Assembly: GCA_032110825.1 (NCBI GenBank)
Contig: JAULVY010000089.1
Location: forward strand, 140 to 64,139
Direction of reading: 5' to 3'
Length of the DNA: 64,000 nt
DNA from: Chitinophagaceae bacterium
GTDB taxonomy: Bacteria > Bacteroidota > Bacteroidia > Chitinophagales > Chitinophagaceae
Shown here: positions 9,242-20,050 of the stretch, piece after piece
Layout of the letters: each line of letters starts with the position of its first letter
Position numbering within the stretch: the stretch's first letter is position 1
Made by a program: the position numbers and the translations under genes
The notes under the pieces: generated by a model
What the model saw: the letters and a program-made list of their open reading frames with translations, nothing else
What the model was told of the DNA's origin: nothing
The model's database searches: none

Positions 9242-10948
9242 ATGACCCTACTCATCATCATTATTGCCTTGGCCTTGATTTTTGACTACATCAACGGTTT
9301 CCACGATGCAGCCAATTCTATTGCAACGGTGGTATCGACAAAAGTACTCACTCCTTTTCAAGCGGTATTGTGGGCAGCTTTTTTCAATATCATTGCCTAC
9401 TGGATTTTTCAAGACCACGCAGTTGCCAATACCATCAGCAAAACGGTGAATAAAGAATTCATAACACTCCATGTAATCTTAGCAGGATTGATTGCTGCAA
9501 TATTTTGGAATTTGCTTACTTGGTGGTATGGGATACCTTCTTCGTCCTCCCATACGCTAATCGGCGGATTTGCAGGTGCCGCCATTGCACATGCATTTAT
9601 CGATGAAGGCGGAGTGGTTGCTTTTGATAAAATTGTAGAGAGCAGCACGATAACCAAAACCGTATTGTTTATCTTTTTTGCCCCGATGATTGGAATGATC
9701 ATCTCTATTTTTATCACCATAGTCACGGTGATGAGAAATATTTGGCTTCGAATAGCCATCATCTCGTTGGTAACCGCCATCACGATCCTCTTGTTTGATG
9801 CATTTGAGGAAAGTAAAATGCAAGAAGGCCTAAAAAAGTTTATAAAATTAGATAAATACGAGGCAGATTTTGAAAAAGCAAATACCGGATTTGATTTAAG
9901 TTCAGCGTCAGATGAACAAAAAGAAAAATGGAATCAGGCAAAGAAAAAAGTAAACGATGCTAAATTGATTTTTCAAAAAATTTCGCCTTTAGTAGATAAC
10001 TACGACGAATTGGGCTCTGATTCAATTGCTTCTTTTGCATATTCAATTGGCTTACTCAAAGACATAGAAATTAGTAAACTAAAAGATGAAGTCAGGAATG
10101 CAAACAACTACCTAGTGCTTGAAGCACTTTCAGTGGAAACACCTGTAAAAAAACCAGAGTTTGATATTGCAAAAGTTGAAACCGAAAAATACAAAGTCCC
10201 GGTTAAAGCATACATCAACGGAGAGCTGAGCATCGATAGCACTTTGGTAGCACTGAATGCCATTTACCCCATCGACCCTAAAAATGCTGATAAGGTAAAA
10301 ATCAAACTACAAAAGTTCAACATCAAGAACTCCTTTAAAAATGATTTAGAGAAATCAGACAATTCAATCATTGTTTGGGGAATTTTTTGGGCTTCTCTGA
10401 TGTTCTCGTTGGTGTATTTATATGTTGAAAAAATCAGAACTCCAACAGCGTACACCGTTGCGAACATGTTTAAAAAACTACAGCTGTTTAGCTCCGCTGC
10501 TTTCAGTATTGGTCATGGTGGAAACGATGCTCAAAAAGTTATGGGTATTATTGGTGCTGCACTGATTGCGAATGGTGATATTCAGGATTTTGCGCAGCTG
10601 CCAGGCTGGGTGCCTATTTCCTGCTATTTAGCCATTGGATTGGGTACCATGAGTGGGGGTTGGAAAATTGTGAAAACCATGGGGACCAAGATTACCAAGG
10701 TTACTCCATTGGAAGGAGTATCGGCAGAGACAGCGGGTGCATTTACCCTATTTTTTACCGGACAAATGGGGATACCCGTTTCAACTACACATACCATCAC
10801 AGGATCAATAATCGGAGTTGGTGCCACCAAACGCTTAAGTGCAGTCCGTTGGGGCGTAACGTCCTCCCTATTGGTAGCCTGGATACTTACCATTCCAGTC
10901 AGTGGCCTATTGGCCGCGCTAGTTTATTGGTTAATGGGACTGTTTTAA
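9242..10948 (+). CDS. pit: Inorganic phosphate transporter (PiT family) with large internal insertion
   Basis: Both PiT signatures present (GFHDAANSIAT and GHGGNDAQK), plus SSSHTLIGG and PVSTTHTITG. Confidence 0.92.
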   Translation: MTLLIIIIALALIFDYINGFHDAANSIATVVSTKVLTPFQAVLWAAFFNIIAYWIFQDHAVANTISKTVNKEFITLHVILAGLIAAIFWNLLTWWYGIPSSSSHTLIGGFAGAAIAHAFIDEGGVVAFDKIVESSTITKTVLFIFFAPMIGMIISIFITIVTVMRNIWLRIAIISLVTAITILLFDAFEESKMQEGLKKFIKLDKYEADFEKANTGFDLSSASDEQKEKWNQAKKKVNDAKLIFQKISPLVDNYDELGSDSIASFAYSIGLLKDIEISKLKDEVRNANNYLVLEALSVETPVKKPEFDIAKVETEKYKVPVKAYINGELSIDSTLVALNAIYPIDPKNADKVKIKLQKFNIKNSFKNDLEKSDNSIIVWGIFWASLMFSLVYLYVEKIRTPTAYTVANMFKKLQLFSSAAFSIGHGGNDAQKVMGIIGAALIANGDIQDFAQLPGWVPISCYLAIGLGTMSGGWKIVKTMGTKITKVTPLEGVSAETAGAFTLFFTGQMGIPVSTTHTITGSIIGVGATKRLSAVRWGVTSSLLVAWILTIPVSGLLAALVYWLMGLF

Positions 10949-10997
10949 AATATTATTGGTTATTTATATATATATTCGTTGTCGAAACCTCCCTTTT

Positions 10998-12023
10998 ATG
11001 AAACGTTTAGCCATTCTTCCCATTTTCATTGTTTTACTCATTGCCTCCTGCTCCAAAATGGCCCAAGAGCCAGGTGGCGGGATTCCGGATCTTTCTGAGA
11101 ATTTGTCAAGCATGCCCGTTGATCCGAATGGCATGCCATTTAATAGAACATGTGCATCATATGAAGTGCTACAAATGCAATTGAAAGAAAATCCAGGATT
11201 TGCAAGAAGATTTAAAGAAATAGAAGACTTAACTCAAAGATTAGTATCTGAAGTTGGAATAAATGCAATTTCTTCTTCTACTGTTATAGAAATACCTGTA
11301 CATGTTAATGTGCTACACAGGACTAGTACAGAAAATGTTTCTAATGCGCAAATTCAATCACAAATTGACGTACTCAATGAAGATTTTGCAGCCTTGAATA
11401 CAGATTATAGCAACACCCCCTCTACATTTCAACCTGTTAGATCGGGTAACATTAACATAAAATTCGTATGGTCATCAACTACAGGTCTGACAAGGAAAGC
11501 TACTAAAAAAACAAGCTGGCAAACGAATAACGATATGAAGCGTACTTCTAGAGGTGGAATTGATCCTACATCTCCAACAACCAATCTTAATATCTGGGTT
11601 TGCAATTTATCAAATAGCATATTAGGTTACGCTCAATTCCCTGGAGGAAGCAGTGCGACAGACGGAATAGTCATAGATAATAATGCATTTGGAAGAGGAA
11701 ACTATAATTTGTTCAGTGCATTCAATAAAGGTCGAACCGCTACACATGAAGTTGGTCATTGGTTAAACCTAAGACATATTTGGGGTGACGCAACTTGTGG
11801 AAATGATTTTGTTAGTGATACACCAATACATAATACATCAAATGGAGGATGCCCGCCAACTGGACATAGAAGCACATGCACCGGCACTCCATTGGAAATG
11901 ACTATGAATTATATGGATTATACTTATGATGCTTGTATGTATATGTTTTCGGCAGGCCAAAGTTCAAGAATGAGGGCCACATTTGAGATAGGCGGAGGTA
12001 GAACCAGTTTTGCGCCTCAATAG
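10998..12023 (+). CDS. M43 (ulilysin/pappalysin-like) zinc metalloprotease, lipoprotein
   Basis: HEVGHWLNLRH zinc motif, MNYMDYT Met-turn, lipobox LIASC after MKRLAIL start (ATG 10998). Confidence 0.9.
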   Translation: MKRLAILPIFIVLLIASCSKMAQEPGGGIPDLSENLSSMPVDPNGMPFNRTCASYEVLQMQLKENPGFARRFKEIEDLTQRLVSEVGINAISSSTVIEIPVHVNVLHRTSTENVSNAQIQSQIDVLNEDFAALNTDYSNTPSTFQPVRSGNINIKFVWSSTTGLTRKATKKTSWQTNNDMKRTSRGGIDPTSPTTNLNIWVCNLSNSILGYAQFPGGSSATDGIVIDNNAFGRGNYNLFSAFNKGRTATHEVGHWLNLRHIWGDATCGNDFVSDTPIHNTSNGGCPPTGHRSTCTGTPLEMTMNYMDYTYDACMYMFSAGQSSRMRATFEIGGGRTSFAPQ

Positions 12024-12047
12024 AAAAATTTTTGCATAAAGATTTCT

Positions 12048-12080
12048 AAACCATCTTCAAATGAGATGGTTTTTTTATTT
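12048..12080 (+). terminator. Rho-independent terminator
   Basis: AAACCATCT-loop-AGATGGTTT followed by a T-tract. Confidence 0.8.
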
Positions 12081-12087
12081 TCAATAA

Positions 12088-12960
12088 ATGAAAAATACAT
12101 TACTTGCTATTACAATTCTAATTTCATTGAAAAATTTTTGTCAGAATAATTCATTTGACTCAATCAGAATTGAAGATCGTCATCGCTCTTTTCAATTTTA
12201 TAAACCCCAATATAAATCCAAGAACTATAGTTTATTATTTATCATGCACGGCTCCGGTGGTTCCGGACCACAAATGATGGAACGAGTAAAAACATTTGAA
12301 GGAAAAACCGATCAGGAAAAAGTGATTGTTGTTTTTCCTTCCGGGTATAAAAACTACTGGAACGAATGCCGAATGCTAGCTAAGTCCCAAGCCAACATTG
12401 AAAATATCAATGAAGAAGATTTTTTCAAAGGCATGATCAACTACTTCCATAAAAAATACAAGATCGATAAGAATAAGGTCTTTGCAATTGGTACATCCGG
12501 AGGCGGACATATGGCTTTTAAATTGGGACTCACCATGCCTTCGTATTTCAAGGGCCTTACTGCACTTATTGCCAATCTCCCTGATACCAACAACTTGGAT
12601 TGTCCGGAACTAAAACAACCCGTAAACATGATGATTGTGAATGGTACGGATGATAAAACCAATCCGTATAATGGAGGTGAAGTCATTCTCTCCGGAGGCA
12701 ACTTTGGTCACGTTAGATCAACGGATCGGACCTTTGCGTATTGGTCAAACCTGGCAGGCTACACAGGAACTCCCGCTTATACAAAACTGCCTGATACCAA
12801 CCCCAATGACGGCAAGACCATAGAAGAATTTAGATACAGCGGAAGGGACAAAGAAATTGTTCTCTTAAAAGTTAACGGAGGTAAACACGATTATCCGGGA
12901 GATATTGATGTGCATGGGTATGCTTGGGAGTTTTTCAAATCTCTAGTAGTCAAGAAATAA
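12088..12960 (+). CDS. Secreted alpha/beta hydrolase (LpqC/PHB-depolymerase-like esterase)
   Basis: MHGSGGSG oxyanion region, GTSGG nucleophile elbow, NGTDD acid, GGKH His; signal peptide. Confidence 0.8.
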   Translation: MKNTLLAITILISLKNFCQNNSFDSIRIEDRHRSFQFYKPQYKSKNYSLLFIMHGSGGSGPQMMERVKTFEGKTDQEKVIVVFPSGYKNYWNECRMLAKSQANIENINEEDFFKGMINYFHKKYKIDKNKVFAIGTSGGGHMAFKLGLTMPSYFKGLTALIANLPDTNNLDCPELKQPVNMMIVNGTDDKTNPYNGGEVILSGGNFGHVRSTDRTFAYWSNLAGYTGTPAYTKLPDTNPNDGKTIEEFRYSGRDKEIVLLKVNGGKHDYPGDIDVHGYAWEFFKSLVVKK

Positions 12961-12990
12961 AAAAAGCCGCTTTAAAAAAAGCGGCTTTAC
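12961..12990. terminator. Terminator hairpin between the esterase and rpoB (U-tract on - strand)
   Basis: Perfect AAAGCCGCTTT/AAAGCGGCTTT stem with a 4-nt loop. Confidence 0.85.
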
Positions 12991-13012
12991 AATTATGTTT
13001 GGTTGATAGAGA

Positions 13013-16000
13013 CTAGTTGTCGAACCTCAAATCCAATCCCAATCCCCTCAATTCATGAACCAATACATTGAATGATTCTGGAATACCAGGTTTAGGAACG
13101 TTATCACCTTTCACAATGGACTCGTAGGTCTTGGCTCTTCCGATGATATCATCCGACTTCAGGGTAAGCAATTCCTGAAGGATATTGGATGCTCCGTAGG
13201 CTTCCAATGCCCAAACTTCCATCTCACCAAAACGCTGACCACCAAACTGAGCTTTACCACCCAGCGGCTGTTGTGTAATGAGAGAGTATGGTCCAATAGA
13301 ACGCGCGTGCATCTTATCGTCAACCATGTGATGCAGTTTCAACATATAGATGATGCCCACGGTTGCTTTCTGATGGAAACGCTCTCCTGTTTCACCATCA
13401 TACAAGTATGTATGTCCGAAGCTAGGAAGCTCTGCTTTATCGATTAGATTTGTAATTTCATCTACAGTAGCACCATCAAAAATAGGAGTTGAAAATCTCA
13501 TTCCTAATTTCTCACCGGCCCAACCCAAGATGGTTTCATAAATCTGCCCCAGGTTCATACGAGAAGGTACACCCAACGGATTAAGAACGATATCAACAGG
13601 TGTTCCATCTTCCAAGAAAGGCATATCTTCTGAACGTACAATCTTGGCAACGATACCTTTGTTTCCGTGACGACCAGCCATTTTATCTCCCACTTTCAGC
13701 TTCCGCTTAACAGCGAGGTATACTTTAGCCAACTTCAACACACCTGCAGGCAATTCATCACCGATGGAGATGTTGAATTTCTCACGCTTGTATCTACCCA
13801 ACTCTTCGTTGTATCGAATGCTGTAGTTGTGCAACAAAGTATTGATCGCATGATCGGTCTTAGCATCACCTGTCCAACCCAATGGATTGATATTCTGGTA
13901 ATCGATACCGGCAAGTGCTTTTGGATTGAACTTTGCACCTTTACCAATGATCATTTCACCAAAATTATTGGATACACCAGATGAAGTTTTATCCTTCAAC
14001 AAGGTCTGAAGCTTGTTCACCAACAATTCAAGAATATCTTTTTCATTTTGAATGTGAACAGCTTCAAGCTTGTCCAATGCAGCTTTTTCTTTTGCCTTGG
14101 AGTTCTTGTCTTTCTTTGCACGCTGGAATAGTTTTTTACCAATCACAACACCTTCTGTTCCACTTGGTGCTTTTAAAGAAGCATCTTTAGCATCACCTGC
14201 TTTATCACCAAAGATGGCACGAAGAAGTTTTTCTTCTGGAGTAGGATCACTTTCTCCTTTGGGAGTAATCTTACCGATAAGAATATCACCTTCTTTCACT
14301 TGCGCACCAATGCGAATAATACCGTATTGATCCAAGTCTTTTGTAGCTTCTTCAGAAACGTTTGGAATATCTGGAGTCAATTCTTCCTCTCCCAATTTGG
14401 TATCGCGCACTTCCAATTCAAATTCTGAAATATGAATAGAAGTAAATAGATCTTCGCTAACTACTTTTTCGTTGATTACGATAGCATCCTCAAAGTTATA
14501 CCCCTTCCATGGCATGAATGCCACTTTGAGGTTTCTACCCAAGGCCAATTCACCGTTCTTAACTGCATAACCTTCCGTTAGGAAATCACCATTTTTCACA
14601 CGCTGACCTTTGGCAACTGCAGGACGTAAAGTGATTGATGTCTCTTGGTTTGTTTTGATGAATTTGGTGAGCCTATATACCTTAAGATCATCTTCAAAGC
14701 TTACCAATTTCTGAGCTTCATCACGCTCGTAACGTACATGAATTTCATTGGCATCTACAAATTCAACAACACCCTCTCCTTCTGCATGCAACTGAATGCG
14801 AGCATCACGAGCAGCTTTTGCTTCAAGTCCGGTTCCTACTATTGGAGCATCAGGCTTGATCAAAGGTACAGCCTGGCGTTGCATGTTGGACCCCATCAGC
14901 GCACGGTTGGCGTCATCGTGCTCCAAGAATGGAATCAACGATGCACTCAAGCCCACAATCTGATTAGGAGCAACGTCCATGAACTCAACGTCGTTGGGCT
15001 CAAGGATTGGGAAATCACCTGTTTGTCTAGCCTTCACCTTATCTTCTGCAAATTCGCCCTTTTCAGTCAAGGGAACATTCGCCTGGGCGATTTTCGCTGT
15101 ATCTTCTTCCTCAGCACTGAGGTAGGTTAATTTTTTGGTTTCTACTTTACCGTTGTTTACACGACGATACGGTGTTTCAATGAATCCCATTTCGTTGATC
15201 TTGGCATGCACACAGAGTGTGGAAATCAAACCAATGTTTGGTCCCTCTGGTGTTTCAATGGTACAAAGACGACCGTAGTGAGAATAGTGTACGTCGCGCA
15301 CCTCAAAACCTGCGCGCTCCCTGCTAAGACCACCGGGACCTAACGCTGAGATACGACGCTTGTGTGTAATCTCACTCAATGGATTGGTTTGATCCAAGAA
15401 TTGAGATAGCTGTGAAGTTCCAAAGAAAGAATTGATCACAGATGAAAGTGTACGTGCGTTGATCAAATCGACTGGTGTGAATACTTCATTGTCTCGAACG
15501 TTCATACGCTCACGAATGGTTCTAGCCATACGAGCAAGACCTACACCAAATTGGGCATACAATTGCTCACCCACTGTACGAACACGTCTGTTACTCAAGT
15601 GATCAATGTCATCAATCTCGGCTTTACCATTGGTGAGGCGAACGAGGTACTTGATGATTTCAATGATATCTTCTTTGGTCAGGGTTTTTTGTCCCAAACC
15701 GTAGTTGAGATTTAATTTCTTGTTGATTTTATAGCGACCAACTTCACCTAAATCATAACGCTTATCGCTAAAGAACAATTTGTCGATGATACCTCTTGCC
15801 GTCTCATTATCTGGAGCATCGGCACCACGAAGTTGTTTGTAGATGTGTTGAACGGCTTCCAATTCGGAGTTAGAAGTGTCTTTGTTCAACGTATTGTAAA
15901 TGATGGCATAGTCGCCGCTAACTTCTTCTTTCTGAATGAATACACTCTTCACTTCTGTATCCAAAATAGTTTGGATATCCTCTTGATTCAATACTTTATC

Positions 16001-16822
16001 GCGCTCAAGAACAACTTCATTTCTTTCAAGAGAAACAACTTCACCTGAATCTTCGTCAACAAAATCTTCAACCCATGTTTTCAATACACGAGCGGCTAAT
16101 CGTTTTCCAATCAATTTATCCAGCGTCTTTTTGTCGGCTTTCACTTCATCGGCCATGCCGAAAAGTTCAAGAATATCTTTATCGGTTTCAAAACCGATGG
16201 AACGCAACAAGGTAGTTACCGGGAATTTTTTCTTACGGTCGATGTACGCATACATCACGTTGTTGATGTCGGTAGCAAATTCCATCCATGCACCCTTGAA
16301 AGGAATTACACGGGCAGAATAAATTTTGGTTCCGTTGGGGTGAAGTGACTGTCCGAAGAACACACCAGGCGAACGGTGCAACTGTGAAACCACAACACGT
16401 TCAGCACCGTTGATTACAAAGGTACCGCGTGGTGTCATGTATGGGATGTTTCCAAGGAATACATCCTGAACAATGGTTTGGAAATCCACGTGCTCTTCGT
16501 CGTTACAGCTCAAGCGAAGCTTGGCCTTCAATGGAACAGCGTAGGTAAGACCACGCTCCATACACTCTTCAATGGTGTAACGGGGAGGATCAATGAAATA
16601 ATCCAAAAATTCCAACATGAAGATGTTGCGGGTATCGTTGATCGGAAAATTCTCTTTGAATACCTTGAAGAGACCTTCATTGTTTCGCTTGTCGGGAGTA
16701 GTTTCCAATTGGAAAAAATCCTTGAAGGATTGAATTTGTATTTCGAGAAGATCAGGAGTTTCTGCCAGGTGCTTTACTTTACCAAAGTTTACCCTGTTTG
16801 AAGCCACTTTTGCTGAAGACAT
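13013..16822 (-). CDS. rpoB: DNA-directed RNA polymerase subunit beta
   Basis: [28 protein letters not shown] and rifampicin-region [18 protein letters not shown] motifs. Confidence 0.99.
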   Translation of the reverse strand: MSSAKVASNRVNFGKVKHLAETPDLLEIQIQSFKDFFQLETTPDKRNNEGLFKVFKENFPINDTRNIFMLEFLDYFIDPPRYTIEECMERGLTYAVPLKAKLRLSCNDEEHVDFQTIVQDVFLGNIPYMTPRGTFVINGAERVVVSQLHRSPGVFFGQSLHPNGTKIYSARVIPFKGAWMEFATDINNVMYAYIDRKKKFPVTTLLRSIGFETDKDILELFGMADEVKADKKTLDKLIGKRLAARVLKTWVEDFVDEDSGEVVSLERNEVVLERDKVLNQEDIQTILDTEVKSVFIQKEEVSGDYAIIYNTLNKDTSNSELEAVQHIYKQLRGADAPDNETARGIIDKLFFSDKRYDLGEVGRYKINKKLNLNYGLGQKTLTKEDIIEIIKYLVRLTNGKAEIDDIDHLSNRRVRTVGEQLYAQFGVGLARMARTIRERMNVRDNEVFTPVDLINARTLSSVINSFFGTSQLSQFLDQTNPLSEITHKRRISALGPGGLSRERAGFEVRDVHYSHYGRLCTIETPEGPNIGLISTLCVHAKINEMGFIETPYRRVNNGKVETKKLTYLSAEEEDTAKIAQANVPLTEKGEFAEDKVKARQTGDFPILEPNDVEFMDVAPNQIVGLSASLIPFLEHDDANRALMGSNMQRQAVPLIKPDAPIVGTGLEAKAARDARIQLHAEGEGVVEFVDANEIHVRYERDEAQKLVSFEDDLKVYRLTKFIKTNQETSITLRPAVAKGQRVKNGDFLTEGYAVKNGELALGRNLKVAFMPWKGYNFEDAIVINEKVVSEDLFTSIHISEFELEVRDTKLGEEELTPDIPNVSEEATKDLDQYGIIRIGAQVKEGDILIGKITPKGESDPTPEEKLLRAIFGDKAGDAKDASLKAPSGTEGVVIGKKLFQRAKKDKNSKAKEKAALDKLEAVHIQNEKDILELLVNKLQTLLKDKTSSGVSNNFGEMIIGKGAKFNPKALAGIDYQNINPLGWTGDAKTDHAINTLLHNYSIRYNEELGRYKREKFNISIGDELPAGVLKLAKVYLAVKRKLKVGDKMAGRHGNKGIVAKIVRSEDMPFLEDGTPVDIVLNPLGVPSRMNLGQIYETILGWAGEKLGMRFSTPIFDGATVDEITNLIDKAELPSFGHTYLYDGETGERFHQKATVGIIYMLKLHHMVDDKMHARSIGPYSLITQQPLGGKAQFGGQRFGEMEVWALEAYGASNILQELLTLKSDDIIGRAKTYESIVKGDNVPKPGIPESFNVLVHELRGLGLDLRFDN

Positions 16823-16961
16823 AGAGCGATGTTCGTTTAAAGTGTTTAGTTCATGTCTACAAATGAGAAACCCAATCCGCTAAAAAATATAACAGATTGA
16901 AAATCAATTAACTGTAGTGATTAGGAGCGTCCAATTGTGACAAGTCCCATTTAAGGGATTG

Positions 16962-16969
16962 CGAAGTTA
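16962..16969 (-). promoter_or_regulatory. Putative -7 element (TAACTTCG) of a dedicated rpoB promoter
   Basis: One-mismatch TAnnTTTG variant. The same TAACTTCG occurs upstream of rplK (19357-19364) and the DegT gene (48933-48940). Confidence 0.55.
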
Positions 16970-17039
16970 GGAAAATTGGCTGAAACAGACAAATTAATTG
17001 ACTTGCTTTAGACCAATTATTGGGTCTTCCAAAAAACTA

Positions 17040-17067
17040 AAAAAGCCGGAGTAAGAACTCCGGCTTT
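17040..17067 (-). terminator. Terminator after rplL
   Basis: AAAGCCGGAGT/ACTCCGGCTTT 11-bp stem with a T-tract on the - strand. Confidence 0.85.
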
Positions 17068-17087
17068 GAATGAAGAATGTAAGCATC

Positions 17088-17462
17088 TTATTTGATCTCA
17101 ACTTCGGCACCTGCTTCCTTAAGCTTGGCAGCCAATTCGTCGGCTTCAGCTTTAGAAACACCTTCTTTAACGGGCTTAGGAGCACCATCAACAAGGTCTT
17201 TTGCTTCTTTCAGTCCAAGTCCAGTGAGGTCTTTAACTATTTTAACTACGCCGAGCTTGCTAGCTCCACCGCTTACAAGAATTACATCAAATGTTGATTT
17301 CTCTTCAGCTGCGGCTGCTCCGCCGCCGCCACCTGCTACTGCTACTACAGCTGCAGCTGCGGGTTCGATTCCATAATCAGCTTTTAAAATGTCAGCTAAT
17401 TCTTGAACTTCCTTTACGGTTAGGCCTACAAGTTGTTCGGCCAGTGCTTTAATATCTGCCAT
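17088..17462 (-). CDS. rplL: 50S ribosomal protein L7/L12
   Basis: [21 protein letters not shown] and EAGAEVEIK motifs. Confidence 0.99.
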   Translation of the reverse strand: MADIKALAEQLVGLTVKEVQELADILKADYGIEPAAAAVVAVAGGGGGAAAAEEKSTFDVILVSGGASKLGVVKIVKDLTGLGLKEAKDLVDGAPKPVKEGVSKAEADELAAKLKEAGAEVEIK

Positions 17463-17562
17463 GTTTTTACTTTTTAAACCGCTTTCACAGCTATTGCTCC
17501 AGCGGATGGTTTATAATATGCCACGTTTGAACCTCAGTGGCGTTGGGTTTTTTACTTTTTAA

Positions 17563-18072
17563 TTAAGCTGATGCTCCAGCTTGTTTTTCGTGATGATGCA
17601 ATAAACCAGCCAATACACGCTTAGCTGGTGATTGCAACAATCCGATTACTTCGCCGATCAACTCGTTCTTCGTCTTGATCTGAGTGAGTGCTTTTAGGTT
17701 ATTGTCGCCAGTATACACATCCCCATTAATAAACGCTGCTTTCAGAGAAGGCTTCTCTTTATTTCCTATACTCCTAAATGAGCTGATAATCAATGCAGGC
17801 TCTTTGGGATTGTCGGAGAACATCAAGGCCGTTACATGGTGCAGAGAATCCAATACGCCTGCGTATTTTTCTGCATCGATTGATTCCAGCGCTTTGCGAA
17901 TGAGCGTATTTTTAGCCACTTTCATTTCTACATTCTTATCGAAACAGGCTCTGCGCAAGCTTGTAACCTGCTCAACGGAAAGTGATTCTGTATCGGTAAT
18001 GTAAAAATTATTGTATTGCGAGAATTTCTCTTTCAACAACCCAATCACTTCATTTTTTTCTTTCTTATTCAT
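17563..18072 (-). CDS. rplJ: 50S ribosomal protein L10
   Basis: VAKNTLIRKAL motif; lies between rplA and rplL. Confidence 0.97.
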   Translation of the reverse strand: MNKKEKNEVIGLLKEKFSQYNNFYITDTESLSVEQVTSLRRACFDKNVEMKVAKNTLIRKALESIDAEKYAGVLDSLHHVTALMFSDNPKEPALIISSFRSIGNKEKPSLKAAFINGDVYTGDNNLKALTQIKTKNELIGEVIGLLQSPAKRVLAGLLHHHEKQAGASA

Positions 18073-18108
18073 TGGTAGTCTTTTTAGTATTTAATGTAGA
18101 ATGAAGGA

Positions 18109-18807
18109 TCAATGAACGAATACTTTAGTGTCTATGGCGATAGCTGGACTCATGGTGCTGGCCATAAAAACGCTTTTCAGGTAGGTCCCCTTTGCAGACG
18201 AAGGCTTGGCCTTGATGATTGCATTCATGAGTTCCATGCTGTTTTCAGCAATTTTATCTGGAGAAAAACTCACTCTTCCAATGGAAGCGTGAATGATACC
18301 AGCCTTATCAACCTTGAAGGCTACTTTACCTGCCTTAACGTCTTGTATTGCGGCAGCAACATCGTTTGTAACGGTTCCTGTTTTGGGGTTGGGCATGAGG
18401 TTACGCGGACCCAAAACTTTACCCAGTTTACCAATTTTTGGCATAACAGAAGGGGTAGCAATAATAACATCGATGTCTGTCCACCCCGATTCTATCTTTT
18501 TAATGTATTCATCAAGCCCAACAAAATCAGCACCTGCATTGGTAGCTTCTGTTTCTTTATCCGGTGTACAAAGGACCAATACCTTTTTTGTTTTACCCGT
18601 TCCGTGAGGAAGTGTAACTGTTCCCCTGATGGCCTGATCGGCTTTTTTGGGATCAACACCCAAGCGAACATGCAGATCGACAGAACTATCGAATTTTGTA
18701 CAATTGATTTCTTTAACCAAGCCAGATGCCTCGGCAAGTGAATATATTTTTTTGTCATCCACTTTTCCGGCAATAGCTTTTCTTTTTTTAGTGATTCCCA
18801 TCTTCAT
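18109..18807 (-). CDS. rplA: 50S ribosomal protein L1
   Basis: [12 protein letters not shown] and [14 protein letters not shown] motifs (alternative start 18801). Confidence 0.99.
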   Translation of the reverse strand: MKMGITKKRKAIAGKVDDKKIYSLAEASGLVKEINCTKFDSSVDLHVRLGVDPKKADQAIRGTVTLPHGTGKTKKVLVLCTPDKETEATNAGADFVGLDEYIKKIESGWTDIDVIIATPSVMPKIGKLGKVLGPRNLMPNPKTGTVTNDVAAAIQDVKAGKVAFKVDKAGIIHASIGRVSFSPDKIAENSMELMNAIIKAKPSSAKGTYLKSVFMASTMSPAIAIDTKVFVH

Positions 18808-18827
18808 TCGGTTTTAAACGTGATGAA

Positions 18828-19271
18828 TTAATTTTCCCAGGGGGCTTTGCCTTCTACAGTCAACCCCATGCTGCGTGCTGTACCCGCAACCATGCTCATG
18901 GCGCTTTCGAGGGTAAAGCAATTCAGATCGGACATCTTGTCTTTGGCAATGGCCTCAACCTGAGCCCAGGTAACCTTTCCAACTTTGGAACGGTTGGGTT
19001 CTTTGGAACCACTTTGAAGCTTTGCTGCCTCCAGCAACTGAACAGCAGCCGGGGGAGTTTTGATGATAAAATCAAATGATTTGTCTGAGTAGACAGTAAT
19101 CAAAACTGGTAACACCTTACCTGTTTTGTCTTGAGTTCTAGCATTGAATTGCTTACAGAACTCCATGATGTTAATGCCTTTGGAACCCAGTGCTGGTCCA
19201 ACCGGCGGTGCAGGATTGGCTTGTCCTCCTTTAACCTGCAACTTTACATAGCCAGAAATTTCCTTAGCCAT
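18828..19271 (-). CDS. rplK: 50S ribosomal protein L11
   Basis: [12 protein letters not shown] and [10 protein letters not shown] motifs; start MAKEI at 19271. Confidence 0.99.
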   Translation of the reverse strand: MAKEISGYVKLQVKGGQANPAPPVGPALGSKGINIMEFCKQFNARTQDKTGKVLPVLITVYSDKSFDFIIKTPPAAVQLLEAAKLQSGSKEPNRSKVGKVTWAQVEAIAKDKMSDLNCFTLESAMSMVAGTARSMGLTVEGKAPWEN

Positions 19272-19356
19272 AAAAATTTGTTTTTTGGTGATAGCGTTCC
19301 GGAATTGTTCCGAAACTCCCAAATCCATTCAAAAAAAGAACTTTCGATTGGGGCTG

Positions 19357-19364
19357 CGAAGTTA
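19357..19364 (-). promoter_or_regulatory. Putative -7 element (TAACTTCG) for rplKAJL
   Basis: TAnnTTTG variant about 85 nt upstream of rplK. Confidence 0.55.
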
Positions 19365-19493
19365 AGTGAGATTTGGGATATTTTTAAATTTTAGGTTCAA
19401 AAAATTAATTTGAATGCCGTGAATGGTTTTCTTTATTTATTCGCTACATTCAAAAGCAATAGGGAAAAAATTAAAAAATCTAAAAATCAATTT

Positions 19494-20003
19494 ATGGCTT
19501 CTGCAAAAAAATCATCTAAAAAGGTTGTTAGGAAAGCTATTTCCAAAAAAACATCAAAAAAACCGGTAAAAAAAGCAGCTAAAAAGACTGCTCCCAAGAA
19601 AAAAGTAGTTAAAAAAGCACCTCAAAAAAAAGCTTCAAAAAAGCCAGTTCCTAAAAAAGCCGTGAAAAAAACTGCCCCTAAAAAAGCTTCAAAAAAGCCC
19701 GTTGCTAAAAAAGCAGTGAAAAAAGCTGCTCCTAAAAAAGCTGCAAAAAAACCCGTTGCTAAAAAAATCGTTAAAAAAGCTGCTCCTAAAAAAGCTGCAA
19801 AAAAACCAGTTGCTAAAAAAATCGTTAAAAAAGCTGCCCCTAAAAAAGCTGCAAAAAAACCAGTTGCTAAAAAAGCTGTTGCAAAAAAGCCAGCACCTGT
19901 TGTTGCTGCAACTCCCCCTCCTCCGGTAGTTCAAGCCACTCCGGTTGCTGCTGAACTGCCGTTTACTGATATTGGATCTCCCGAAAATACTTCTGAAGCT
20001 TAA
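19494..20003 (+). CDS. Histone H1-like Lys/Ala/Pro-rich basic repeat protein
   Basis: 169 aa from MASAKK; KKAAPKKAAKKPVAKK repeats; own terminator downstream. Confidence 0.8.
   Translation: MASAKKSSKKVVRKAISKKTSKKPVKKAAKKTAPKKKVVKKAPQKKASKKPVPKKAVKKTAPKKASKKPVAKKAVKKAAPKKAAKKPVAKKIVKKAAPKKAAKKPVAKKIVKKAAPKKAAKKPVAKKAVAKKPAPVVAATPPPPVVQATPVAAELPFTDIGSPENTSEA
19611..19880 (+). repeat. Five tandem imperfect 54-bp (18-aa) repeats
   Basis: Units KKAPQKKASKKPVPKKAV, KKTAPKKASKKPVAKKAV, KKAAPKKAAKKPVAKKIV (x2), KKAAPKKAAKKPVAKKAV; 5 x 54 = 270 bp fits the coordinates. Confidence 0.92.
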
Positions 20004-20034
20004 AAAAAAGACAGCCAAATGGCTGTCTTTTTTT
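20003..20034. terminator. Bidirectional terminator between the histone-like gene and nusG
   Basis: AAAAAAAGACAGCC-AAAT-GGCTGTCTTTTTTT. Confidence 0.9.
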
Positions 20035-20050
20035 ATTCGTTTGAACAATC

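Noticed and set aside
13667-16801. Many plus-strand ORFs opposite rpoB, and similar antisense ORFs over tuf, rplA, ugd, gdhA and queA
   Set aside because: Antisense shadows of highly expressed genes with no recognisable motifs.
19611-19880. Tandem repeats as a possible CRISPR array
   Set aside because: Contiguous in-frame coding repeats with no unique spacers and no cas genes.
19689-20048. Phe/Ser-rich repetitive minus-strand ORF
   Set aside because: Antisense shadow of the Lys-rich repeat gene.
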